The notes under the pieces are model-generated. The model did no database searches. It was not told the origin of the DNA and saw only the letters and a list, made by a program, of their open reading frames with translations. From positions 1,148 to 65,147 of the forward strand of contig JAWCKF010000007.1 in the NCBI GenBank assembly GCA_038852315.1: DNA of 64,000 bases, in the 5' to 3' direction. This DNA is from Thermoplasmata archaeon (lineage in GTDB: Archaea; Thermoplasmatota; Thermoplasmata; UBA10834). Below are positions 1 to 8,540 of this stretch, piece by piece. A program made the translations under genes and the position numbers. Every line of letters starts with the position of its first letter. Position 1 is the stretch's first letter.

Positions 1-184
1 GAGCTTGCGCCTCCTCTCTTCCTGACTCATCTCACCCGCGGGCATGCTACCCCTTAACGGCGCAATACCGCCGCACATAAGGCCTTTTCGGATGACAAGT
101 TCGGTTAGAGGCGATAGGCGCTGGGAACCGGCAAGGATGTTTGTTAGCTCCAGGCCGAACTGATGATGCCCACCACAGTCTGCA

Positions 185-565
185 TCACAGCACGAATGAG
201 CCAACGAGGTACGGGCCCAGAAGAGTTGTGGCCAGGACAAGAATCCATATCCGCCCTTTCAGAATGTTGTAGTCCTCGAGCAGGACCTGCCATGACCTCT
301 TGGCCACCAGACGCCCGAACCCGAACTCGAAAGCTAATGTGAGCACGAGCCAGATGGCGCCCATCGAAAACAGGTCTCCAGCCGAGGGGCACAAGTCCGT
401 GTTCGCGAGGAAGATGTAAGTTGCGAGCAGGATCAGCGACGAGATGGTGATCGAGCTTATCGCGCGGCCCCAGAGTTCGCCGAGACTCGGAACGAGTACG
501 CTTTGTCGGAACAGACCGTTTAGGACTGCGATGACAGCGAACATGGACCAAACGGCGAGGGACAA
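185..565 (-). CDS. small integral membrane protein (about 4 TM), function unknown
   Basis: 126-aa ORF made mostly of helix-length hydrophobic runs (FAVIAVLNGLF, ISSLILLATYIFL, GAIWLVLTLAFEFGF, IWILVLATTLLGPYLVGSFVL). The overlapping ORF 144..551 is an Arg/Pro-rich shadow frame. Confidence 0.55.
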   Translation of the reverse strand: MSLAVWSMFAVIAVLNGLFRQSVLVPSLGELWGRAISSITISSLILLATYIFLANTDLCPSAGDLFSMGAIWLVLTLAFEFGFGRLVAKRSWQVLLEDYNILKGRIWILVLATTLLGPYLVGSFVL

Positions 566-589
566 AGCAACATAGCAGCGTTCAGTCGG

Positions 590-970
590 TCATCTCCCTC
601 CAATGAACTGCTTTCTGGTCGCAACGAGATACGCTGAGATTATCGCCGCTGGCAAGATGCCCATCGCCGCCGAGGACTGCACGGTGGCGAAAGCCCACAG
701 ATCGAACCCTATGGTGTAGACGCTCACGGCTAGTGTGCCCCAAAAACCCCACGGTCGACACTTGTACATGCCCGGCAGCATCACCAGCCCCGAGATTCCT
801 ATTGCCAAGAAGCTGTACACGACGAGAGCTTCGACTGCCGCCGACTGCTCCGATTCGAACTCCATGTCTCCGCTCAAGCTCGCGTAGAAGACAGCCAGAC
901 GGGCTGCATAGTAGACAGCCGCAAACAGCGTGACGAGGGTCAGAACGATCTTCTTGCGTTCCACAGGCAA
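590..970 (-). CDS. small integral membrane protein, function unknown
   Basis: 126-aa ORF with several TM-like segments (IVLTLVTLFAAVYYAARLAVFY, ALVVYSFLAIGISGLVML, WGTLAVSVYTIGFDLWAF, GILPAAIISAYLV). The competing frames are Arg/Gly-rich shadows. Confidence 0.55.
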   Translation of the reverse strand: MPVERKKIVLTLVTLFAAVYYAARLAVFYASLSGDMEFESEQSAAVEALVVYSFLAIGISGLVMLPGMYKCRPWGFWGTLAVSVYTIGFDLWAFATVQSSAAMGILPAAIISAYLVATRKQFIGGR

Positions 971-1111
971 CCTCCTTCCGCTCGTCCCCGTCCACTGATT
1001 CTTTTCATATAAACATTGTCAAGAACACGCGCTGAATCACGTGTTTGCCTTTCATCTGCGCGATACCCGGACCCGAGCTCTGCCAGAGGTTTGCAGTGAT
1101 GCTCAGGTCTC

Positions 1112-1627
1112 TCATTTCTGAGGAACAGACCCGAAAGTCCTGGCTATCGTCTCCTTCGCGAAGATGCGGGCCTTCTCAATACGAGCCTCGTCAGGCTGGC
1201 CTCTGCTGTTGTCTCTTTTGGCGTCGCTCCTCAGCCTCTTGCTCGGAGAGATCCTCATGATGAACTTGACGCCCTTTGCCAGCTCTCCCTGGCAGTCGAA
1301 GAAGCCGACCAGCTCAGCGCCCGCAGCCGCACGCCTGAACTTCTCCATCCATTCCTGGACCTCTGGCTCCTGCTCAGGGGCGGCATGGGTGACGAACAGA
1401 GCGACCTTCCTTCCATCCCTGCAAAGCTTTCTCAGATATCCCTCTGCCTTCTTGTCTGGGCCGTAGCCGTGTGTGGGGAAGCCGAGGAAGGAGATGTCAT
1501 ATCCGCTGAGATCTTCTACCTCCGCTATTGGTTTAATGTCCTTGTCACAGGGTATCTCACCGTATATCGCCTCGGCAATCCTCTTGGTGTTGCCGGTCGA
1601 CGACATGTAGGCAACAAGAGCCTTCAT
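1112..1627 (-). CDS. flavodoxin-family protein
   Basis: N-terminus MKALVAYMSSTGNTKRIAEAIYGEI is the classic flavodoxin FMN phosphate-binding loop (S/T-x-T-G-x-T). Size is 171 aa. Confidence 0.8.
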   Translation of the reverse strand: MKALVAYMSSTGNTKRIAEAIYGEIPCDKDIKPIAEVEDLSGYDISFLGFPTHGYGPDKKAEGYLRKLCRDGRKVALFVTHAAPEQEPEVQEWMEKFRRAAAGAELVGFFDCQGELAKGVKFIMRISPSKRLRSDAKRDNSRGQPDEARIEKARIFAKETIARTFGSVPQK

Positions 1628-1830
1628 CCTGAAAACCTCTGTCGGGCGATGCGCTACTCAGATATAAGTGAACGTGGTGGCCTCAGCGGAGCTCAATGGT
1701 GACCCTCACTGGAAGGTGTTCGCTCTGATCTGCCACCATGATGGTTGTTCAACTCAGAGTCTCTAGGTAGCCATCTTCGGCCCGGGGCGACCCACGCTGA
1801 TCTGGGCGCTGAAAGGGTCTTTCGGAAACC

Positions 1831-2601
1831 TCAGAACCTGTACGTTCCGCCGAATACCAGCCATGCAAGGGTCGACTTCGCTGTCAAGCTTAGGATTATG
1901 TACACCCTCTCGCCGAACAGGTAGTCTGCCCACCTTCCCTTGGCCCTGTACTGCAGCACCATGTTGATCGCGAAGACGTTGAAGAACGCCGCCGTGATCG
2001 GGAATATGAAGTACACGAAGGTCGGCACGGACTCTGCGCTCTGCAACACAGCCCCGAAGAAGTAGATGCCGATCACAATCCAGGGCACGATGCCCGCGAA
2101 GCAGCCGAATATGTAGGCGGTCCAGTCGGTCTTCTTCGTGGTCTGGTTGTGCAACTCCATCATCCATCCGAAGAGGTTCATGGTCGCATTCAGTGCAAAT
2201 ATGAGCATCAGCGTCGACAACTCGAACATCCCGACCTGCATAGCTATCAGGACTATCATTATGGACGAGCTGACGGCGTACTCCGCCCACCTGGCCGGGT
2301 TTATGTGCTGCTTGAGATGCTCAACATACCATCTGTACCCGAAAGTAGAGAGCGAAAAGTGCGCTATGGCAGAGACGAAAAGAAACGAGGCGACGAGCGG
2401 CCCCAGCGATATCGTGGCGATCTGGTCTTTGGCGAACTGCGGTAGTCCGCCCTCGAATCCCGTTATGAAATCGGTGTACACCGGCGCCTTGCCAGGCGGA
2501 CTGAGCCAGAGCATGAGGCCGCCCTGAATCAGGTGCAGGAATCCCATTGCCAGGTTGAAGTTCTTCAGTTTCTTGAACTTGAGTTCTTCTCCAGAAGACA
2601 T
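1831..2601 (-). CDS. heliorhodopsin (7-TM retinal protein, inverted topology family)
   Basis: Full-length resemblance to heliorhodopsin 48C12 as I recall it: LKNFNLAMGFLHLIQ, RWAEYAVSSSIMIVLIA, NATMNLFGWMME, FGCFAGIVPWIVIGIY, GERVYIILSLTAKSTLAW. The TM7 Lys is K242. Confidence 0.9.
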   Translation of the reverse strand: MSSGEELKFKKLKNFNLAMGFLHLIQGGLMLWLSPPGKAPVYTDFITGFEGGLPQFAKDQIATISLGPLVASFLFVSAIAHFSLSTFGYRWYVEHLKQHINPARWAEYAVSSSIMIVLIAMQVGMFELSTLMLIFALNATMNLFGWMMELHNQTTKKTDWTAYIFGCFAGIVPWIVIGIYFFGAVLQSAESVPTFVYFIFPITAAFFNVFAINMVLQYRAKGRWADYLFGERVYIILSLTAKSTLAWLVFGGTYRF

Positions 2602-2682
2602 CGCCGCTCCTCCTGAGGACGGGAGGGGATTTCTCTTAGGGGCTTATTAATGAATCCCCGAAAGGCTCTCGCAGTCCAAAGG

Positions 2683-3246
2683 CTACGGATTCACCTCTAC
2701 GGCCACCTCGTTCCTTCTGAACAAACCAGGTACGAACGGCGGGTTGTATCTCATCAGAAATGGTTTGCTCACAGGCCTAAGGCCGTGTGTGCGCAAGAAT
2801 GCTTGTAGTTCTGCAGTCTTTCTAGAAACAGTCTTGCCAGTGGCGCGGCCACGAAATCTGACCACTGCAAGCCGCCTCTCAGGGAAGGCTTCTATCCTGA
2901 TTCGCTCGTCCAAGGGATCGGGGACGGTCTCAGCGTCGAATGAAGAGGGCAGGACGAACGAGAACGATTCGTCCGTTGATATCACCGGAGAGGTCATCGC
3001 GATCCTCTGCGAGGATATCACAGGTACTGTCATCGGCACCTTACGCCTCGATCTGTTGTGGCCCTGTATGTACTCGAACAGTACGCCGAACGCCTCGTTG
3101 TCTGAAAGACCATAGACAGTTGCAGCCAAGATTCTCGGATAAGCCCTGACCTCGATGTTGCCATCGACTTCGATAACGCTGTATTCGATGCTCTGCGTCA
3201 CAGTTCGGCAAGGTGCCGCATGAGGCAAAAAGCTCGCGCCTAACAT
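2683..3246 (-). CDS. SOUL/HEBP-family heme-binding-like protein
   Basis: IEYSVIEVDGNIEVRAYP...MTVPV...MTSPV...VVRFRGRATGKTVSRKTAELQAFL...LMRYNPPFVPGLFRRNEVAVEV matches the SOUL-family layout. I chose the ATG at 3246. The ORF is open to 3432, but that upstream part does not look protein-like. Confidence 0.7.
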   Translation of the reverse strand: MLGASFLPHAAPCRTVTQSIEYSVIEVDGNIEVRAYPRILAATVYGLSDNEAFGVLFEYIQGHNRSRRKVPMTVPVISSQRIAMTSPVISTDESFSFVLPSSFDAETVPDPLDERIRIEAFPERRLAVVRFRGRATGKTVSRKTAELQAFLRTHGLRPVSKPFLMRYNPPFVPGLFRRNEVAVEVNP

Positions 3247-3446
3247 CGACGGCGCAAGGGCCCGGGTGCAGGGGGCCTCCGAAAATCGGGTTCTACATGG
3301 AAAGAGATGTGGGTGGTCGCGTATCGGGTTCTCTGATGAAGCTCCGAATCTTGACCCCCAGAGCTCTACCAGTTCGCTGATTATCAGACTGGATAACGAT
3401 GCGCATACCAATAAGTATGACCGTAAGTCCATAGAGCACCTCAGCG

Positions 3447-3899
3447 GTGTTCATTATGGGATTCTTGGACAAGGTGAAGTCTGCGGCGTCTGCAGTGACA
3501 GGAGGCGCAGCCAAAGTGAGCATAGAGTTCCCACATCAGCCGACCAGGTCAGGTGACTCCATGCAGGTGAAGGTAACAGTGATGTCCACGGGAAAGGAGG
3601 TCAAGTCAGGCGGCGTCTTCGTTGACATCGAGGCGCGAGAGACGGGGCAGGTAAAGTGCTCCAAGTGCCAGCAGATGGTGCCGATCAACGTCCAGACTGT
3701 GAGGCAGTCTATCCCTATAGGGCCTGCGTTCGTCCTGCAGCCAGGTGAGACGAAGGTCTTCGAAGCCACGATACAGATCCCGCCCGGTCAGCCCACCTAC
3801 AACGGCAACGTGCGCCACGAATGGAAGATCAGGGGCAGGCTGGATGCGTTCGGGAACGACCCGGACTCCGGGTTCCAGCTGCTGGAGATCACGAGATAG
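3447..3899 (+). CDS. SpoOM-like (arrestin-fold) hypothetical protein
   Basis: 150-aa ORF. The N-terminal GFLDKVKSAASAVTGGAAKVSIEF and the beta-rich repeated pattern resemble the SpoOM family. GC3-rich codon usage matches the neighbouring genes. The start could instead be 3456. Confidence 0.55.
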   Translation: MFIMGFLDKVKSAASAVTGGAAKVSIEFPHQPTRSGDSMQVKVTVMSTGKEVKSGGVFVDIEARETGQVKCSKCQQMVPINVQTVRQSIPIGPAFVLQPGETKVFEATIQIPPGQPTYNGNVRHEWKIRGRLDAFGNDPDSGFQLLEITR

Positions 3900-4132
3900 T
3901 CTATCACAATCTCTGAAAAACCACTTCCCAACATCTATCCTACAGCCAGTACCAGAGGTTCAGGTCTACGAAGTGTCGGTTGCACTTGACCTGTGAACTT
4001 CTCATCTGCGTTCAGCAACGGTTTTCAGACCGGTGGAAACCACTGTTCGAAGCTCAACGAGCGAGAGGCTTCGCTAAGGCGTCAAGAAGCAGAGTAGTTA
4101 AGCGCGGTCCTCGCATTACCTGCGCGAACTCG

Positions 4133-6763
4133 ATGCGGTCCATGATGGTCAAGCTAGAAAGCGCGGACGGTTTGGGAGTAGATCAGGTTGGCGGGAAAGC
4201 AGCGAACCTCGCAATTCTCTCGAAGGCCGGCATGAAGGTCCCGGGAGGAATCGTCGTAGTGACAGGTGCCTATGACGCATACTTGGAAAGGCTTGGCCTC
4301 AAAGAGAAGATATCCGATAGTCTCTCAAAGCTCGCCAGGCTCGATGGAGGAGGCCTTAGTGCCTGCTCCTCCGAGATCAGGGAATGGTTCGAGGCGGAAC
4401 CCACGGACCCGGAGCTGTCTGAGAGCATCATCCAGGAGCTACGCAGGTGCAATCCAGAGACTCTCTGGGCGGTGAGGTCCTCGGCCGTGTCCGAGGATCT
4501 GCCTAAGGCATCGTTCGCCGGCCAGCAGGACTCCTATCTTTGCATACCAGCCGACGAAGTCCCAACCTATGTGAGAAAGTGCTGGGCATCCTACTGGAAC
4601 GAGAGGGCTATCGCATACAGATGTGATGCCGACATCGACCACTTCTCCGGCGGCATCGCCGTCGTTGTGCAGGAGATGGTGCCTTCTGACTGCGCGGGCA
4701 TCATGTTCACTGCCGACCCCGTTAGTGGGACGGAGGGGCGGATCATCATCGAATCTACGTGGGGCCTGGGCGAGAGCATAGCATCAGGAATGGTCACACC
4801 GGACAGGTTCATAGTCGACAGGAAAGCTCTGGAGATCGTTGATAGGGCCTTATCCTCGAAGACGAGAGCGGTCTATCTGCAGAACGGCCGGAAGAGCGTT
4901 GTTGAGCTGGATGCGGCGAAGGGGTTGTCACCGTCGCTTGACGATGAGCAGCTGAGGCGCGTCGCCCAGGCTGGTCTTCGCATAGAACGGCTTTTCGGAA
5001 GGCCCCAGGACATAGAGTGGGCGATAGCTGACGGGGTCTTGTACATACTGCAGTCCCGCCCGATAACCGTCCAGGTACGAACCGACGGGGCACTGTGGAC
5101 GAGGGCATACGGCGACGAGTACTGGGCAGATGCAACATCACCGCTTTTCTTCTCGCTGCTGGGCGAGTATCTGACGGAGTACGTCAACCATGAGGGCGCG
5201 AGGATAATGGGCTACAGGGAGCTGACCGGGACGGAGCTTCTCAAGCTCCACAAGTCTCACGTGTACTTCAACACAGAGGTGCTGGAGAAGATCTTCACAT
5301 ACAATCCAAGGTTCTCGAGGACAAAGGAGCTGTTGAGCTACTTCCCCGAGCGGGATCAGGTTAGGATAGCGACGGCCCCGACGAAGATCTTCGGCAGGAT
5401 GATTGCGGAACTCAGGGTGGCGCTGCTGGATCCCGACGGAATGATCTTCCGGACCGACAAGGCTTACAAGGCCTGGGCCGAGCGGTTCCTCTGCTTCCTG
5501 GAGGACTTCGATTCCCTGGACTTGAGGAAGGCGTCGGACCAGCAGTTGCGAGATGTCTTCATCCAGCTGGAGAGGGCATACCTCAAGCACTACAGGCTGA
5601 TCAGGTATGGGATGGTGACGCACAGCATCGGCACGAACCTCATCCTGAGGAAGTGGCTCACTGACTGGTTGGGAGACGCCTCCGGGACACTGTATTCCAA
5701 GCTCGTCTCCGGCCTGCCTGAAAACAAGACGGTTGAGACGAACGCGGCAATCGCACGGCTCGCTGATGCCGCAAGGGATAACCAGGTGGTCAAGACCGCG
5801 CTCCTGTCAATGCCCGCAGACGACTTCCTCGACCGGCTGAACTCGGATGGAGACTTCAAGGGATTCGCAGCCGAGTTCAAGCGGTTCCTGGCGCAGTTCG
5901 GACACAGGTCGCACACGCGGGAGATCCTCTTCCCCCGATGGGCAGACGAACCCAGAATGGTCGTGGAGATTCTCAGGACTCTCGTGGCAGGGTCTGATAG
6001 ACTCAATCTGGGAGCAGTGGAGGAACAAAGAGCCTCAGAGAGGAAGAGGACGGAAGAAGAGGTAATGCGGAAGATAGGAGGAATGAGGCACGGATTCCTG
6101 AGGAAGCTCGTCTTCAGAACAGTCCTACGATACGCGCAGACGTATCTTGCCTTCAGAGAGAACCAGAGGTTCTATCTCGACCACCAGATCGCCAGGCAGA
6201 GGCGCATCTTCATGGAGTACGGCAGGAGGCTGGCTGAGAGAGGCGTCCTGACCTCGCCGGACGATGTATTCTTCCTCTCCAAGGACGAGATATTCGATGT
6301 AATCGGGAACCCTCGCAAAGACATAGCGACGGCGGTGAGAAGGAGGAGAGAGGAGTTCGAGAGATACAGGAATTACCTCCCGGCGAAGTTCCTGCGCGGG
6401 ACGGCTGAGTTCGAGGATGAGGCCTTCGCATTGGACGCCAAGCTGACGCTCACAGGGACTGCCGCCAGCCCGGGCACCTTCACGGGGTACGCAAGAGTGG
6501 TAAGATCCATCGATTACCTAAAGGATGTGAGGCAGGGCGAGGTCCTGGTCGCCTTGAACACAGACCCTGGATGGACCGCGGTGTTCCCCAAGCTCGGTGG
6601 GGTGGTAACGGAGACGGGTGGTATCCTCTCGCACGGAGCGGTGGTTGCAAGGGAGTACGGGATACCCGCGGTGACTGCCGTGAAGAACGCGACCGGCGTG
6701 TTAAAGACAGGACAGCGCATTATCGTCGACGGAAACTCGGGAGTTGTGCGGATTGTCCAGTAG
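4133..6763 (+). CDS. PEP-utilising enzyme with rifampicin-phosphotransferase-like architecture (ATP-grasp N-domain, unknown central domain, C-terminal phosphohistidine swivel domain)
   Basis: The N-terminus VDQVGGKAANLAILSKAGMKVPGG...VRSSAVSEDLPKASFAGQQDS is a pyruvate phosphate dikinase-type ATP-binding domain. The extreme C-terminus LVALNTDPGWTAVFPKLGGVVTETGGILSHGAVVAREYGIPAV is a PEP-utilizers mobile domain. No TIM-barrel PEP/pyruvate domain follows. Start is taken at MRSMMVKLES. Confidence 0.85.
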   Translation: MRSMMVKLESADGLGVDQVGGKAANLAILSKAGMKVPGGIVVVTGAYDAYLERLGLKEKISDSLSKLARLDGGGLSACSSEIREWFEAEPTDPELSESIIQELRRCNPETLWAVRSSAVSEDLPKASFAGQQDSYLCIPADEVPTYVRKCWASYWNERAIAYRCDADIDHFSGGIAVVVQEMVPSDCAGIMFTADPVSGTEGRIIIESTWGLGESIASGMVTPDRFIVDRKALEIVDRALSSKTRAVYLQNGRKSVVELDAAKGLSPSLDDEQLRRVAQAGLRIERLFGRPQDIEWAIADGVLYILQSRPITVQVRTDGALWTRAYGDEYWADATSPLFFSLLGEYLTEYVNHEGARIMGYRELTGTELLKLHKSHVYFNTEVLEKIFTYNPRFSRTKELLSYFPERDQVRIATAPTKIFGRMIAELRVALLDPDGMIFRTDKAYKAWAERFLCFLEDFDSLDLRKASDQQLRDVFIQLERAYLKHYRLIRYGMVTHSIGTNLILRKWLTDWLGDASGTLYSKLVSGLPENKTVETNAAIARLADAARDNQVVKTALLSMPADDFLDRLNSDGDFKGFAAEFKRFLAQFGHRSHTREILFPRWADEPRMVVEILRTLVAGSDRLNLGAVEEQRASERKRTEEEVMRKIGGMRHGFLRKLVFRTVLRYAQTYLAFRENQRFYLDHQIARQRRIFMEYGRRLAERGVLTSPDDVFFLSKDEIFDVIGNPRKDIATAVRRRREEFERYRNYLPAKFLRGTAEFEDEAFALDAKLTLTGTAASPGTFTGYARVVRSIDYLKDVRQGEVLVALNTDPGWTAVFPKLGGVVTETGGILSHGAVVAREYGIPAVTAVKNATGVLKTGQRIIVDGNSGVVRIVQ

Positions 6764-7685
6764 ACCCAGCGTCCCCACGACAGACTCACTCCATCCCTTC
6801 GGGACACACATCGACTGGAACGAGAGCTTCTACTTCAACTTCTACGACAGAGCTGCAGACATCGCCGGTTTCATGAGGATAGGGTTGAAACCGAACAAGA
6901 ACGAGAAGAGCATGCTCTGCTTCCTGATGATGCCTGATGGAACCTCGATGGGCGTCAGGGAAGCGGGGCCAGTCGATACGACAGACCTCCGAATCGGGGG
7001 GCTGTCCTTGGTAAGGGTCAAACCGGACAAGGAATGGCTGCTGGAGTGGTCCGGTCCCATGAAGCACGCTCTCGGAACTCAGACCGTGCGCAGGAACGTT
7101 AACTTCAAACTGAGGTACACCGCGCTGAACGAGGTGTTCGACTACAGGCAGTGCGTGAACGGTACGTCCGAAGAGGTTGCGAGCGTCGCAGCCGCCGAGC
7201 ACACGGAGCAGTTCGGACGAGTCTCGGGGGAACTCACCATTGACGGGCAGGCACTCAAGATAGACGCCCTTGGCGAGAGGGACCATTCTTGGGGAGTGAG
7301 GGACTGGGTCGCGCCGTCGATGTGGATATGGCTGTCCTGCCAGTTCTCGGAGAGGGTGGCCTTCAACATAACCAAGCTCTTCGTGGGCCATGAAGTGGTA
7401 GACGCGGGATTCATCCACGTGGACGGGGAGAATCGACCCATAACGAAGGCCGCCATCGCCACCGTCTACGACGACGGTGGCGGTCCGAAATCCATCGCCA
7501 TCGTGCTTCAGGAGAGGGGCGGACGGACCCACGAGGTAACCGCGGAGGCCCTGAGGGAGAAGAAGCTGCCGTTCAGCACGGAGGCCGAGAAGCATCTCTC
7601 GATCATGCACGAGGCGCTGGCGCGCTATCGGATGGGGGATATGCTCGGGTACGGCATAGCCGAGTACCTCGTCCGCGTGAGATGA
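6744..7685 (+). CDS. hypothetical protein, coupled to the PEP-utilising enzyme; possible beta-barrel (AttH/CrtC-like) fold
   Basis: 313-aa ORF overlapping the upstream stop by 20 nt (TTG start; there is no upstream ATG). It has coherent GC3-rich codon usage. The motif GERDHSWGVRDW is one I associate with uncharacterised AttH-like proteins, but that memory is weak. Confidence 0.6.
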   Translation: MCGLSSRPSVPTTDSLHPFGTHIDWNESFYFNFYDRAADIAGFMRIGLKPNKNEKSMLCFLMMPDGTSMGVREAGPVDTTDLRIGGLSLVRVKPDKEWLLEWSGPMKHALGTQTVRRNVNFKLRYTALNEVFDYRQCVNGTSEEVASVAAAEHTEQFGRVSGELTIDGQALKIDALGERDHSWGVRDWVAPSMWIWLSCQFSERVAFNITKLFVGHEVVDAGFIHVDGENRPITKAAIATVYDDGGGPKSIAIVLQERGGRTHEVTAEALREKKLPFSTEAEKHLSIMHEALARYRMGDMLGYGIAEYLVRVR

Positions 7686-7722
7686 GCCACGGGACGGCGA
7701 TGGATTTCTACGGACCGAGGAC

Positions 7723-8520
7723 ATGTCTGTCAGGTTTGATGCGAGCCAAAGAGGGGAGAAGGGCGTGAGGCCAGGTCCGCTCAAGGATATGCCTGAGGAG
7801 GCGCTGAGGATAATAGACCACGCCAGGTCCAAGGGCGTTGAGCTCAGGCTGATGGGAGGTATAGCGGTCAGGATGCACTGTACCAGCCTTCCGTTCTGCG
7901 AGAGGCCCTACTCTGACATAGACCTCGTCGGACTGAGCGCCCAGGCCGCTGGCATAGAGGAGGTTTTCCGTGAACTCGGTTATGTCCCCGACAAGGAGTT
8001 CAATGCGCTGCACGGCAACCAGCGGCTGAAGTACGAGGATCGTGTAAACCGGCGGCATGCGGAGGTGTTCTTGGACAAGTTCAGAATGGATCACACGCTC
8101 GACTTCAGGGAGAGGCTGCACATCCATCCGTACACCATTTCGCTAACCGACCTGTTCCTCACTAAGGCCCAGGTTGTCAAAACAGCTGAGAAGGATTTTC
8201 ACGACCTGTTCTCCCTCTTCAGAGATCACAAGATAGGTATGGACGACCGTGAAGGCGTGATAAACGCGAGATACGTGGCGAGGCTCTGCGCGCACGACTG
8301 GGGGCTGTACCATACCGTGCTGAAGAACCTCGATCGGTTACCGCAGTTCTACGACTACTTCAAGCTGGACAAGGCCGAGAGGGAGTCGATGGACAGGCGC
8401 ATATGGATACTCAAGCTGATGATCATCGAGGAACCCAAAGGACCGCTGTGGAAGGCCAGGGACCGGCTCGGCGAACGGCTCCCGTACTACGAAGAGGTGG
8501 AGCAGCTCGGGGAGAAGTGA
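7723..8520 (+). CDS. putative nucleotidyltransferase-fold protein
   Basis: LRLMGGIAVRMHC...YSDIDLVG fits the G-[GS]...D-x-D signature of minimal nucleotidyltransferases. Size is 265 aa with good coding statistics. Confidence 0.55.
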   Translation: MSVRFDASQRGEKGVRPGPLKDMPEEALRIIDHARSKGVELRLMGGIAVRMHCTSLPFCERPYSDIDLVGLSAQAAGIEEVFRELGYVPDKEFNALHGNQRLKYEDRVNRRHAEVFLDKFRMDHTLDFRERLHIHPYTISLTDLFLTKAQVVKTAEKDFHDLFSLFRDHKIGMDDREGVINARYVARLCAHDWGLYHTVLKNLDRLPQFYDYFKLDKAERESMDRRIWILKLMIIEEPKGPLWKARDRLGERLPYYEEVEQLGEK

Positions 8521-8540
8521 GCGTTCGACCAGTCTGGTGG

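Noticed and set aside
6786-7832. 348-aa minus-strand ORF spanning the hypothetical gene 6744..7685
   Set aside because: It is antisense to a plus-strand ORF with better protein-like composition and translational coupling to the upstream enzyme. The product is Arg/Pro/Gly/His-rich with no motifs, which is the typical shadow ORF of GC-rich DNA.
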